Shown one piece after another: positions 1 to 12,900 of a stretch of 64,000 nt of DNA. Below the pieces are notes generated by a model. The model searched no databases. It worked only from the letters and a program-made list of their open reading frames with translations, and was not told the origin of the DNA. The translations under genes and the position numbers were made by a program. How positions within the stretch are numbered: position 1 is the first letter of the stretch; each line of letters opens with the position of its first letter. Origin of the DNA: Mobula hypostoma (taxonomy: Eukaryota); assembly GCF_963921235.1 (NCBI RefSeq), contig NC_086097.1, positions 29,080,001 to 29,144,000 on the forward strand, in the 5' to 3' direction.

Positions 1-264
1 TCCCAGAGGGATTGGGGCCACAAGCCGGCAAACTCAGGTGCTTTACACACCCTGGTCAGCGTGGACGAGTCGGACTGAATCTAAGTTGGTGGAGGAGCCC
101 AGTGGGGCTCATAAATACGGAGTAGAGTAGTTGGCCTGACTTGGCCACGCCACCCAAGGTGCCTCCCTAGACTTGTCCCCTTTGCTTGCATTTGGCCCAC
201 GTCCTTATAAACTTCGCCTGTCCGTTTACCTGCCACATGTCTTGTCAACATTACAACTGTCCTC

Positions 265-535
265 GCTTCCCTGCGGATCGTCACCTTGTCGTGATGGAAA
301 GGCTTGAGGGTTCCTGAGATCCCGACAGCTACGCCGTCTGGAGTTTAACACCTGATGGGGTCAGCGGTAAGGTTAAAGGGCAGGCCCCAGACAAAGTTCG
401 GTGGTGGAGCTGGCCGAAGCTAAAGACCCAGCAACAGCGGCAATGACGGCAGAGGAAAGCTGCAGCGGGGGAGGGTCGCCAGTCGTCCTGCGTTCCAGGC
501 CACTGGACCCTGATCACCGGCTGTCAAGGACCGTG
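265..535 (+). mobile_element. RTE-clade LINE 5' UTR-like fragment
   Basis: GTCACCTTGTCGTG...GGCTTG...GCTACGCCGT...CAGACAAAG resembles recalled RTE/BovB-type 5' ends; CpG-rich. Confidence 0.45.
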
Positions 536-651
536 TTATCATGTTAAAGTCACGCACAAACGTTTTCCATTAACATCCTGGATTAAGTATAAACGGGTTC
601 CTAATCGGCCTTTACAGCCACCTGAATATCGTACTCAATTAGAGTCATCGT

Positions 652-1035
652 ACATAGAAACATAGAAAACCTACAGCACAATACAGGCCCTTCGGCCCAC
701 AAAGCTGTGCCGAACATGTCCTTACCTTAGAACTACCTAGGCTTACCCATAGCCCTCTATTTTTCTAAGCTCCATTCACCTATCCAGGAGTCTCTTAAAA
801 GACCCTATAGTATGCCTCCACCACCGCCGCCGGCAGCCCATTCCACACACTCACCACGCTCTGCGTAAAAAACTTCCCCCTGACATCTCCTCTGTACCTA
901 CTTCCTTAAAACCATGCCCTCGCGTGTCTGCCATTTCAGCCCTGAGAAAAAGCCTCTGACTATCCACACGATCAATGCCTCTCATCATCTTGTACACCTC
1001 TATCAGGTCACCTCTCATCCTCCGCCGCTCCAAAG
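652..1035 (-). mobile_element. CR1-clade LINE 3' end
   Basis: ERRRMRGDLIEVYKMMRGIDRVD...TRGH (CR1 ORF2 C-terminus) and a (CATAGAAA)n tail. Confidence 0.85.
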
Positions 1036-2841
1036 ACTAATTGTTCCCTCCTCTACTAATTCCTCTCGCAGCTCTACCGTCTACTACCACTCTCTGGCTT
1101 TTCCCACTAAGCCAGTTGACCACAGAACAGTCGCAACGGGCTGAATGGCCCGCTGTGCCCTGGTCATGCTGTTGACAGCAAGTAATCCACTAACCACCAG
1201 CAGGGCTCGCCACAAGAAAAAAATGCCCAGCAATTATGTGTAATTTAGCAGGGGTGAAGGTGATTGCGGTGTTTGTTTTGCGTTGATCCCAGCCGGTGAC
1301 GGTACTGTAAATCTTCGTGTCCGACTGTCTGGGCTTCATAACAAACTGACAGCCCTCTGGGCGGCACTGGCCTTGACGTTGACTTCAAGCCCCAGCTTCC
1401 TCGCTTCAGGCCCCTCGGAGAGTCGACGAGACTCCAGGGTTTCGTCATCTTCCTGACTTGCAAAGTGTTCGTGGGGGTGGGGTGGGGTGAAAGACACGGC
1501 CGGGTTGATTAGATTGATGCCGGAAAACTTCTGTCAGAGCGCTGTACAAATACAGAAAGGTTCGCCTTCAATTACTCACTTCTCCATGGCAGATTAAAGT
1601 TGTAAACAGCCGCCGAGGGAGGGGGTTGATGGTGGGTGCCGGGGGGAGGGCCAGAGGGAGACCAGGGAAGGGAGAGAAATCAGAATTAGGTTGATTATCG
1701 CCAAGGTATGTCATGAAATCCGTTGTTTTGCGGCAGCAATGCAGTGCCACACATAACAATCACTATCACACAGTCATAGAGTCAAAGAGCACTATAGCGC
1801 AGAAAGCGGCCCTTCGGTCCGTCTAGTCCACGCGGAACTACAGTATTATTCTACCTAGTGACGTTGACTCTCCGTATCCCTCCCATCCCAACTGGAAGTA
1901 CTTATCCAAACTTGTCTAAAATGTTGCAGTCGAATCCGTATCCACCACTTCCACCGGCAGCTGGTTCCACACTTGTTGCATCCTCTGAGTGAACAAGTTT
2001 CCCTCCTATTCCTCTTAAGCATTTCACCTTTCATCTTTAAAGCATGACCTCAGGTTCCAGTCTCGCACAATCACAGTGAAGAAAGCCTGCTTGTATTTAC
2101 TCTGTATCCACGCCTCATAATTCTGTATACATTTATCAAGTCTCCCCACACTCTCTTGCGCTCCAGAGAATAAAATCTTAACCTATTCAACCTTTCCCGA
2201 CAACTCAGGTCTTCAAGTCCTGACAACGTTATTGTAAGTAATAAGTTACAATAACACTTTATAAAAAGTTATATAAATGGTGCTAAAGAGGAATCGTGAG
2301 ACGGTGTTTATGGGTTCATGGACTGTTCTGATGGCAGAGGGGAAAGCTGTTCTTAAAGCTGAGTGTGTGTATTCAGACTGCTGTGCCTCTTCCCTGCTGC
2401 TAGTAACGCGAAGAGGGCATGACCCAGCTGGTGATGGATGCCCCCTCCTTGAGGCATTGCCTTTTGAAGAAGTCCTCGAAGGTGAGGATGCAATCAGTCA
2501 GAAGGATCTCCAGGTGCATCTGTAGAAATCTGCTAGTCTCTGGTGACATACAAGATTCTGCTCAAGCTCCTAATGAAGTAGAACCACTGGAGTGCCTTTT
2601 TCATGGTTGTATCAATATGCTGGGCCCAGCATTGATCCTCTGAGATGCTGACGTACATAAACTTGAAACTGCCTGCCCTGTCCACCTCTGACACCTTAAT
2701 GAGGACGGGTTTGCATTCTCCTGACTTGACCTTCCTGAAGTCCACGGTCAATTCCTCACTCTTGCTGACGCTCAGTGGAGGGTTGTTGTGTACACGTATA
2801 CACCTCCTCGTCGACATTTGAGATTCACAGTAGTGTGAACC

Positions 2842-3982
2842 TGTAGATCGGTGTATTTATATCTAACACCCTGGGAAAGGTTTCTCTGCTAACTTAATGG
2901 TCTTTCTGTAGAAGCAGTGTTTGGGTTATGGTTAGAGATAACAGGGGCTTTGGAATGCGGGCCGTCCAATGACGGGAGTGTGTTTTCATGCTGTGTGCCT
3001 GACACTGAGGGAATCTGGGTCTTTTGTTTGGGCGAAGATGGAGAGAGAAGATGCCAGAAAGTGGAGGTCATGGACACCAGAAAGGAGTGGTCTTGGAGTG
3101 GGGCCGGGAGTCGACGAAGCCCAGGGGAATCGATGAAGGACCAGCGGAAGAGAATCCGTGAGTTCCAACGTGCACATTAGACTGTCTCATTAAAATGGGC
3201 CCTTTTCTTCTTATTTTTTTTCGTCGTTCGGTTGCATCTGGAATTTCCATTTGGCCGACGATTTCCCTCCGCACCGCTCTGACATATTGGGAAATCATGT
3301 ACGTGGCAGGTTACAGCAGTGGTTTGCCTTTGCCTTCTGCTGGGTGAGTTTAAAGAGGTCACTACCTCTTGCAGTGGATGACCAGGACGTCTAAGTGCCT
3401 TGTCGTGCTCTTAGCGCTCCACCACGCCTGCTGGCCTGCCTTCTTGACCGTTGGACTATTAATCGGTCTCCTCTGCTCAGTCTGCCAGGGCCAGACTTCA
3501 TACACTGGGAAAGGCAGATCCCCTACCTCACCGAGGGTCGAAGAGCTGTCGGCTATCCTCACCTGGTTTGGCCTGTCTGCCGAGACGGTTTACCAGGGTG
3601 TGGCCGCTGCACGTGTTACAGCTACTTGGAGCCACAGGTGAGAGCTGAGCGCCAGGCGGGGACCAAAGGTGGACAAGCTGCCCCGAAAAGGGCACGGCAG
3701 GCCCCCCCACCAGAGGTGCTACCCCTCCCTAGACACCCCATACACCCCTTGTTTTCTTTACTAACCCTCTTGTCAAATTAATAATTATGAAGCTAAATTG
3801 TTTATTTGCATATGGTTCACTGCCTGTTATTTTGTGGTACTGATTTGTGACAGGGTACACGTCACGCAGCATCCGCACAAACAGGAGGTGTTACAGCTCA
3901 GATTTCACACGTTTAGGCGGGGGCCAGAGACTGTCTTCCCTAGACTAACGCTGCCAGCCAAACCTCGAACCTGATGGTTACA
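2842..3982. mobile_element. putative solo LTR (TGT...ACA) with nested RTE-like insert, interrupting a Rex1/Babar LINE
   Basis: A minus-strand LINE stops near 2840 and resumes near 3983. The insert begins TGT and ends TTACA. No clear target site duplication. Confidence 0.35.
3215..3750 (-). mobile_element. RTE-related non-autonomous element
   Basis: GC-rich, with CAGAAGGCAAAGGCAAACCACT, a motif shared with 36555-36580 and with RTE/Bov-A-type ends. Confidence 0.45.
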
Positions 3983-5049
3983 TATAGATGGTGGTTGTGG
4001 TGTGCCTAGCCACACAGCCATGAGTGTAGAGAGAGAGTCGAGCAGTAGGCTAAACATGCATCTTTGGGGTGAGCCCAGGTTGATTGTCAGCACAATGATG
4101 TTGACCTTGTGCTGATGTTGTGTTGCCCAACCTGCTGAGTTCCTCCAGCATTTTGCGTGTTGCAGAGAAGCAGACATTGTTACTGATCTGCACTGACTGT
4201 GGTCTCCAGTTGCAGAGGGAGGTACAGAAGCCCAGGTTGTGAAGCTTCTCAGTTAGTAAGGTGCGGGGGATGATGGTGTTGAACGCTGAGCTGTAATCAA
4301 TAAACAACAGCCTGGCATATGTATTGTTGTTGTCCAGATTTACCCTCCATGTAGGGCAAGCAAAGGAGAAACAACATTGAAAAGTACCGAATATCGGAAG
4401 GCCTAGATTGAGTAGATGTGGAGATGAGCGTCCACAACCAGAGGGCACAGCTTCAGAAAAGAAAGTCGTCCCTTTAGAATAGAGATGAGGAGGAATTTCT
4501 TTAGCCAGAGTGTGATGAATCTGTGGATCTCATTGCCACACATGACTGTGGAGGCCAAGTCACTGGATATATTTAAAGCAGAGGTCAATATGTTCTTGAT
4601 TAGTAAGAGCATCAAAGCGTACAGGGAGCGTGCAGAAGAAAGGGTTTTATAGAAGGATAGTAAATCAGCCATGGAGCTTGATGGGCTCAGTGGCCTAATG
4701 CTGCTCTTATGTTTGTATAGTCTAAATGTAGTCTTGATCTTGTCTGATTCCAGTCCTATTCCACCCATCCATCACAAGCTCTCCTGCCAACATGACTGGT
4801 TCTGTTTTGTCTTCTTCCAACAGCAGCATCTCTTAAGCTGAATAAACCAAAGGTTCTGCAACAAGTCTCTCTCCTCCCCTTTCAGCAACCCCCAACCCCA
4901 AGGACCTCCTTCCAGCTAATCCCACAACGTCCGATTTGTGGCCAAAACTCTCTCTGATTTTGCAACACAGTGTATTTATTTTATACATTCCCCCTAGGGC
5001 AGTGGGAGACTCTGGTTTCCAGTGGACACACCTGAACCATAGCCCTCTG

Positions 5050-6312
5050 TACCCTCCTATCCATATACTTATCAAAAAATCTTCTAGTTGAACCCACGTC
5101 CACCACTTCCACGGGCACTCATTCCACAAGAAGTTCCCCTTCAGGTTACCGTTTAAATATTTCACCTTTCAACCTAAACCTATGACCTCTAGTTCTAGTC
5201 TCACCCAACCTCAGGGAAAAAAGCCTGCTTGCATTTACCTACCTATAATTTTGTACACCTCTGTGAAATCCCCCATCATTCTCTCACGCTCCAGGGAATA
5301 AAATCCTAACCTATTGAACCTTTCGCAAAAATTCAAGTCCTCAAGTTCCGGCAACGTTTTTGTAAATTTTCTCTGTACTCTTTCAATCTTGTTGATACCT
5401 TTCCTGTAGGTAGATGACTAGAACTGCACACCATACTCCAAATTAGGCCCTACCAATGTCTTATACAAGTTCAACATAACGTGCCACCTTCTGCACTCGA
5501 TACTTTGATTTATGAAGGTTAATGTGCCAAAAGATCTCTTTTGAGGAAGCTGGGCAATAAAGTTAGAGACCAGTTGACAGTGAGCCATCTATTATAGTTC
5601 ACCAGCTTCCGTTTACCCCCGCTGATCAAGACCATGAATTCTTACACTGCTTAGTATTCCAGAAATAAATTCCTTTCCTCTTATATTTTGAACTCTTTGT
5701 TACCAGGGCAGATGCTGCACAGATTGGAACATAGACCACAGAACAGTACAGGCACTTTGGCCCATGATGTTGTGACATCTTTTTAACCTTTCCTCCTACA
5801 TAACCCTTCATTTTTTTTATCCATTCATGTGCCTATCTAAGACTTTCTTAAATGTCCCTAATGTATCTGTCTCTACCACCACCACTGGCACCCACCACTC
5901 TCTGTTAAAATACTTACCTCTGGCATCCCCTTAAACTTGCTTCTGATCACCGTAAAAAAGTATCCCCATTTGTGTTGCCATTTCTACCTTGGAAAAAAAT
6001 CTCTGGCTATCCACTCTGTTTATGCCTCTTATCACTTTGCACACCTCATGATAAGTCACCTTTCATCCTCTTTCACTCCAAAGAGAAACCTTAGCTTGCT
6101 CACCCTTTCCTCATAAGACATGCTCTCAAATCCAAGCAGCGTCCTGGTAAATCTCCTCTGCGGCTTCCACATCATTCCTGTAAAGAATTGACCAGAAATG
6201 AATGCAAGTGTAGTTTATTCGGGATTTTATAGACCTGTAACACTACTTAGAGGCTCTTGAACTCAATCCCCCCACTAATGAAACCAAAGCACCATATATC
6301 TTTTTAACCATC
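5050..6312 (-). mobile_element. CR1 LINE fragments
   Basis: Degenerate CR1 ORF2 C-terminal and 3' UTR sequence similar to 652-1035. Confidence 0.7.
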
Positions 6313-6326
6313 GTATCAACTCACTC

Positions 6327-6830
6327 AAACAACAGGAATTCTGCAGATGCTGGAATTTCAAGCAGCACACATCAAAGTTGCTGGTGAACGCAGCAGGCCA
6401 GGCAGCATCTCTAGGAAGGGGTACAGTTGACGTTTCAGGCCGAGACCCTTCGTCAGGACTAACTGAAGGAAGAGTAAGAGATTTGAAAGTTGGAGGGGGA
6501 GGTGGAGATCCGAAATGATAGGAGAAGACAGGAGGGGGAGGGATGGAGCCAGGAGCTGGACAGTTGATTGGCAAAAGGGATACGAGAGAATCATGGGACG
6601 GGAGGCCCAGGGAGAAGGAAAAGGGGGAGGGGGGAAAGCCCAGAGGCTGGGCAAGGGGTATAGTTAGAGGGACAGAGGGAGAAAAAGGAGAGAGAGAAAA
6701 AGAATGTGTGTATATAAATAAATAAATAACAGATGGGGTACGAGGGGGGAGGCGGGGCATTAGCGGAAGTTTGAGAAGTCAATGTTCATGCCATCAGGTT
6801 GGAGGCTACCCAGACGGAATATAAGGTGTT
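6327..6830 (-). mobile_element. Penelope-like element 3' fragment (GIY-YIG C-terminus plus pseudo-LTR) with 14-bp target site duplication
   Basis: Minus strand encodes QHLIFRLGSLQPDGMNIDFSNFR*, typical of a PLE endonuclease end, followed by a pyrimidine-rich UTR and a hammerhead motif. It is flanked by GTATCAACTCACTC at 6313-6326 and 6831-6844, inside a CR1 fragment. Confidence 0.82.
6425..6460 (-). ncRNA. minimal hammerhead ribozyme motif (stem I mismatch)
   Basis: Minus strand AGTC-CTGACGA-AGGGTCTCGGCCT-GAAA-CG-TC-AACT; core intact, first stem I pair broken. Confidence 0.55.
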
Positions 6831-8059
6831 GTATCAACTCACTCTGCAGCTTTGAGGAATCTATGGACGTGGCCCTAAGATGACTCTTTTCCTCCAACCT
6901 GCAAAGAATCCTGCAGGTTGTACTTTTGCTCTATGTCTTACTTACGATGGCTTGGATAACATTTCCCTTGAAGAAGGAACATGCAAATTCATAGTTCTTT
7001 AAGGAGCGCATTTAACAACTGTGTGAGCAGGAGACTGTGGTATGGAGGGGCGGGAAGAGATCTTATCTTGCGGAGTATCTGGTGGTTGGAAACCTGTCAG
7101 TTCCCTGATCTCTGGGCAGTAACTGGGAATCATCAGGAAACCGACAAGTCAATGCTACCCTCTTCTCATTGGAGAGGAGGTACAGGAGCCTGAAGACACA
7201 CACCCACCATTTTAGTAACAGCTTCTTTCCCTCCACCGTCAGATTTCTGGATGGACCATAAACACTACCTCACTATTTTTGCTCAGTTTTTAAATATATA
7301 CGTTATTTCTTTTCATAATTAATGGTATGTTTTATGTATTGTACTGTACTGCTGCACAAAACAACAAATTTCATGACATATATCAGTGATGATAAACCTG
7401 CTTCTGATTGGGAATTATGGAACGATTCCCGAGGATAAATCCAGAAAAAGCAAATGCCCTGGTTTCTTTCAAATCTCAAATTATTTTCATTTTAAATTTG
7501 TGCTTGTAAATGACTTGTAATCTATGATCCGGCCTGCCAGCGATGAGTGAAAGGAATCAGATGGACCCAACCACCATCGCTCAGGGATTAGCCAGGAAAT
7601 GAGCCCTGGGGTTTCCTAGCACTGAATAAATTATGTAAATAAAGAATAAACAAATTCTCTTTACATCCACTCCCGCAGAATAAAGGGGACATTCTCCTCA
7701 TTCTTTTGGCTTTTGATATTTAGTTTAACAGGAAGGGCGCTGAATCGAGGCCGGTCTATATTTACGCCCCTCCAACACAAGTCAGCGGGAGAGACCCTGG
7801 GGAATGCACAAATCCACTCACACCTCGCAAACAGAGAAACCCGGTGCTCCCTCGAGCCACATCTGGAGCGAAGGATACTTGGTGAAGTTTCCAGATGCCA
7901 TTTGACCTGTACATTTAAACTAAGCCCTCCGTTTATACTTGTGAAAGTGCTGTGTTCATAAATTAACCAACCGATTTCTGCCCTAAAGCTGAGCTGATGC
8001 GGCAGCAGCCACATAGCATTGTAGAGAAATACAACACAGCTCTTGAGTTCAAAAGTTAC

Positions 8060-8600
8060 GACGCAGCATTGCAGCTCTAATAAAGCCTGGTTATACCACA
8101 CTTGGAGTATAATGTTCAGTTCTGGTCACCTCATAATAGGAAGGATATGGAAGCTTTAGAGAGGCTGCAGAGGAGATTTATCAGGAGGCTGCCTGGATTA
8201 GAGAGCACGTCTTATGAGAATAGGTTGAACAAGCTCGGGCTTTTCTCTTTGGAGTGAAGGAGGATGAGAAATGACTTGTTAGAGGTGTACAAGATTATAA
8301 GAGACATAGATAAAGTGGATAGCCAGAGATTTTTTTTCCATAATTTTAAGGTGACTGGAGAAAAGTATAGGGGGGGATGTCAGAGGTAACTTTTTTACAT
8401 GGAACGTGGTGACTGCATAGAACGCTTTGCCATTGGTGGTGGCAGAGGCAGATACATTAGGGACATTTAATAAACTCTTAGATGGGCACATGGATAAAAG
8501 AAAAATGGAGGGTCACGTAAGAGGGAAAGGTTAGATTGATCTCAGAGAAGGCTGAATGATCAGCACAACATCATGGGCCGAAGGGCCTGTACTGTGCTGT
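8060..8600 (+). mobile_element. CR1 LINE 3' fragment
   Basis: CACTTGGAGTAT..GTTCAGTTCTGGTCACCTCA (LEY.VQFWSP) through the GGGCCGAAGGGCCTGT tail. Confidence 0.8.
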
Positions 8601-9649
8601 TCAGTTCTCAGTTCTATGCAGACCCTTTGGCCCAACCAGTGTATACCAATCACAGTCCCACCCAACTTCCTGCATTTGGCCCATATCCCTCCCAGTCCCA
8701 CCCCTCCATGTACCTACCCAAGTGAATGATACTGTTGTACCTGCCTCAACCTCTTTCTCTGGCAGATCATTCCGTATACACACCACCCTCTGTGTGGAAA
8801 ACATTGCCCTTCAGGTCCTTTTCAAACCTTTCCCCTCCCACCCTAAACCCACGACCCCTAGTCTGGATTCCCCTACCCTGTAACAATCCTATGCCTCTTA
8901 TAACTTTAAACACATCTGTCCGGTTGCCTCTCATTCTCCTTTGCTCCGAGGAATAAAGACCAAGCCTGGCCAATCTTGCCTAAAGCTCAGGCCATCTCGT
9001 AGAGCAGTATCCTCAGTACAGCATCTCGTAGAGCAGTATCCTCAGGAATGCTTTCTTCACTTTACAGCTAAGCCACATCTCTCCTTTAAAGAGATTAGGT
9101 CAGCTTTATTTGTCACATGTACATCGAAACATACAGCAAAAAACTATGTTTGTGACAACGACCAGGATGTGCTGGGGCAGTCTGCAAGTGTCGTCATGCA
9201 TGGCGTTCCCACAACTTGCTAATCCTAACCCAAGGCAGTGCTGGGGTTCATCAGTTTTGTTCCAGAACCTGAAGGCAGCAGGGAAGAAGCTGTTGCTGAA
9301 CCTTGAGGTTTGAAGCTTAGATCCAATATTGTGGCAAATCCTGCAACTGGATTGAGATTCAGATTTATTTATCACGTGGACATCGAAACATGCAGTGCAA
9401 TACACCGTTTGTGTTAATAACCAACCCAGCCAGGGATGTGCAGGGGACAGCCCGTAAGTGTTGCCACACATTCCAGTGCCAAGATAGCATGCCCACGATG
9501 TTCTGCAGAGCAATGCAAGCAGTGACAACACAACAGCAAAGCAAGCCCCTTTCCTCCTGTGACCCACACAGACCAACATTCAACCCCAGGACAGGCCCCC
9601 AACCTTAAGTCCCTGGCCCACACTCGCAGACTCCAACTTCCAAACTACC

Positions 9650-10180
9650 GGCACTTAGTTCAGACTACTAAGGTTTGCCTACTGCATCTGGTGCGGCCAT
9701 TGATGACACCCAATGATTGGGGGACTGCTTTGCTGAGCACCTCAGCTCCATCTGCCAAAAAGCAGAATTTCCCGGTGGTCAACCATTTCAATTCCTATCC
9801 TCATTCCCGTTATGACACAGCATCCTCTTCTGCCACGATAAGACCACCCTCAGGGTGGAGGAGCAACATCTCATATTCCACATGGGTAGCATGAACATCT
9901 ACTTCTCCAACTTCTGGTAATAGTTTTCCTTCTTCCCTCCCTCTCCTTCATTTTCCCACTCTGGCCTCTTACTTCTCCTCACGTGACCATCACCTTTCTC
10001 CCATTCTCCTCTCCTATCGGATTCCTTCCACTCCAACTCTTTGCCTTTTCCACTTACCACCTCCCAGCTTCTTACTTCACCAGACCTCCCCCAAACTCAC
10101 CTGTCTTCACATCACCTTCAAGCTCATCCTGCTCCCCCTCTCCCCCACCTTCTTATTCTGGCTGCTCCCCTTTGCATTTC
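9650..10180 (+). mobile_element. degenerate Penelope-like 3' fragment
   Basis: Decayed endonuclease-end sequence (...GAGGAGCAACATCTCATATTCC...ATGAACATCTACTTCTCCAACTTC) followed by a C/T-rich UTR like the copy at 6327-6830. Confidence 0.6.
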
Positions 10181-11446
10181 TGGATTAGAATCATGTCTTA
10201 TGAAGATAGTTTGAGTGGGCCAGCGCTTCTCTCTTTGGAAAGAAGGAGGATGAGAGTTAACTTGATAGAGATGTACAAGATGAGAAGAGGAATAGATGGA
10301 CAGAGAGAGACTTTTCCCAGGCTAATACAAGGGGGCATAATTTTAAGGTGACTGGAGGAAAGTATGGTGGGGATGTCAGAGGTAGTTATTTTTACACAAG
10401 ACTGGTCAGTGCGTGGAGTGTCCTGCCAGGGGTGGTGGTAGAGGCAGATAAGTTGGGAACATTTAAGAGACTCTTAGATAGGCACATGGATGAAAGGAAA
10501 ATTGAGGGCTATGTGGGAGGGAGGGGTTAAATTGATGGTGGAGCAGGTGAAACGGTTAGTACAACATAGTTTTATTACAAAGACACGTTTATTACAAATG
10601 ACACGTTACAATACTACAACAAGCACAGCTACAATAACAGAGACTAACACAAATAACGTGAACTCAATTAAAATGTTCCCATCCCTGTTAAGGATAACGT
10701 TTATCTCCTGTGGTGTCCAACAGTCACAAAGCACATCCATGGTATCTGCGGGCACTGTGTGCTCCCTCTCCACAGTTACCCGGGCATGGACATACCCCTG
10801 GAACAGAGCTTTTCCTCTTGGGCATCCAGCCGCACACATTCACGCTGGCCTGGGTCACCTGGCATTCGACTGTGAGGTGTGCCGAAAAGTCCACACAAAC
10901 TGCTGGATAAATCCCAGTCCTTTACTGGAAAAGCCCTCCCCACCATTGAGCACATCTACAAGGAGCAGTGCAACAAGAAAGCAGCATCCATCCTCAAGGA
11001 CCCCCACCCTCCAGGCCGTGTTCTCCTCACCGCTGCCATCAAGAAGCAGGTACAGGAACCTTGGGTCCCACACCACGAGGTACAGGAACAGTTATTGCCC
11101 CTGAACTGGCATGGACAACTTCACTTGCCTTAACACTGAACTGATTCCAGAACATATAGATTCACTTTCAAGGACTCTACAACTCATCCTCAGTATTATT
11201 TATTTACTTTCTATTATTAGTTACACAGTTTGTCCTATTTTGCACATTGGTGACAGGTGTGTCGAGGACAACAGAGGGGGAGCCTACCACCTACTACGAG
11301 TACCCCTTCATCTTCTCCCCCACCTTCTTACTCTTGACTTCTAATCTCTAATTTTCTAGTCCTGAAGAAAGGTCTTGGCCTGAAACATTGTCTGTTTACA
11401 CTTTTCCATACATACCTGCTAGGCTGCTGAGTTCCTCCAGCATTTT

Positions 11447-12900
11447 AGAAACATAGAAACATAGAAAACCTACAGCACAGTACAGGCCCTTCGGCCCACG
11501 ATGCTGTGCCGAACATGTACTTACATTAGGAATAACTTAGGGTTACCCTTAGCCCTCTATTTTTCTAAGCTCCATGTACCTGTCCAGGAGTCTTCTTTCA
11601 ATCTTTTTTTCCTTTCAATCTTTTTTTATTGATTTAAAAGAATAAGGATAAAAACAAACCAGAGGAGAGGTTATCTCGAATACGTATTTCAATAATGATA
11701 CAAAGAAAGGAATATACACTGTCAAAATCATATATAGTGTTAAGCTAATATAAGGAGACAAGAGAACCACTTCTCCTCTTACCAGTTCATAGAAAAAAAA
11801 GACTCAAGATTTCCTCAAGAAAACCTGCAGCACAATACAGGCCCTTCCGCCCACAAAGCTGTGCCGAACATGTCCCGACCTTAGAACTACCTAGGCTTTA
11901 CACATAGCCCTCTATTTTTCTGAGCTCCATGTAGCCATCCAGGAGTCTCTTAAAAGACCCTATCGTATCTGCCTCCACCACTGTCACCGGCAGCACATTC
12001 GACACACTCACCACTCTCTGTGTAAAAAACTTAACCCTGACATCTCCTCTGTACCTACTTCCAAGCACCTTAAAACTGTGCCCTCTTCGTGCCTGCCATT
12101 TCAGCCCTGGGAAAAAGCCTCTGACTATCCACACGATCAATGCCTCTCATCATCTTATACACCTCTATCAGGTCACCTCTCATCCTCCGTCGTTCCAAGG
12201 AGAAAAGGCCGAGTTCACTCAACCTAGGGCATGCTCCCCAATCTAGGCAGCATCCTTGTAAATCTCCTCTGCACCCTTTCTACAGTTTCCACATCCTTCC
12301 TGTAGTGAGGCGACCAGATCTGATCACGGTACTCCAAGTGGGATCTGACCAGGGCCCTATAAAGCTGTAGCCTCTTGGCTCTTAAACTCAATCCCATGGT
12401 TGATGAAGGCTAATGCACCATATGCCTTCTTAACCACACAGTCAACCTGCACAGCAGCTTTGAGTGTCCTATGGACTCGGACCCCAAGATCCCTCTGATC
12501 CTCCACACTGCCAAGAGTCTTACCATTAATACTATATTCTGCCATCATATTTGACCTACCAAAATGAACCACCTCACGCTTATCTGGGTTGAACTCCATC
12601 TGCCACTTCTCCGCCCAGTTTTGCATCCTATCGATGTCCTGCTGTAACCTCTGACAGCCCTCCACACTATCCACAACACCCCTAACCTTTGTGTCATCAG
12701 CAAATTTACTAACCCATCCCTCCACTTCCTCATCCAGGTCACTCATAAGAATCACCAAGTGAAGGGTCCCAGAACAGATCCCTGAGGCACACCACTGGTG
12801 ACTGACCTCCATGCAGAACATGACCCACCTACAACCACTCTTTGCCTTCTGTGGGCAAGCCAGTTCTGGATCCACAGAGCAATGTCCCTTTGGATCCCAT
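11447..12900 (-). mobile_element. CR1 LINE 3' portion (two tail copies separated by an AT-rich insert)
   Basis: SKFADDTKVRGVVDS...LQQDIDRMQNWAEKWQMEFNPDK...RDLGVRVH. The tail matches 652-800 at both 11447-11595 and 11820-11950. Confidence 0.88.

Larger units (their letters stand above)
2250..4340 (-). mobile_element. Rex1/Babar-type LINE RT remnants (interrupted)
   Basis: [17 protein letters not shown] (4050-4448 ORF) and LSVSKSEELTVDFRK...SFKF...ISED..WAQHIDTTMKKA (2533-2817 ORF). Confidence 0.7.

Noticed and set aside
8992..9045. 24-bp direct duplication CATCTCGTAGAGCAGTATCCTCAG (similar 18-bp case at about 42888-42941)
   Set aside because: Small local duplications at repeat junctions, consistent with ordinary slippage or repair.
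10490..11104. 204-aa ORF
   Set aside because: Chimera of LINE remnants in a shifted frame; no coherent protein.
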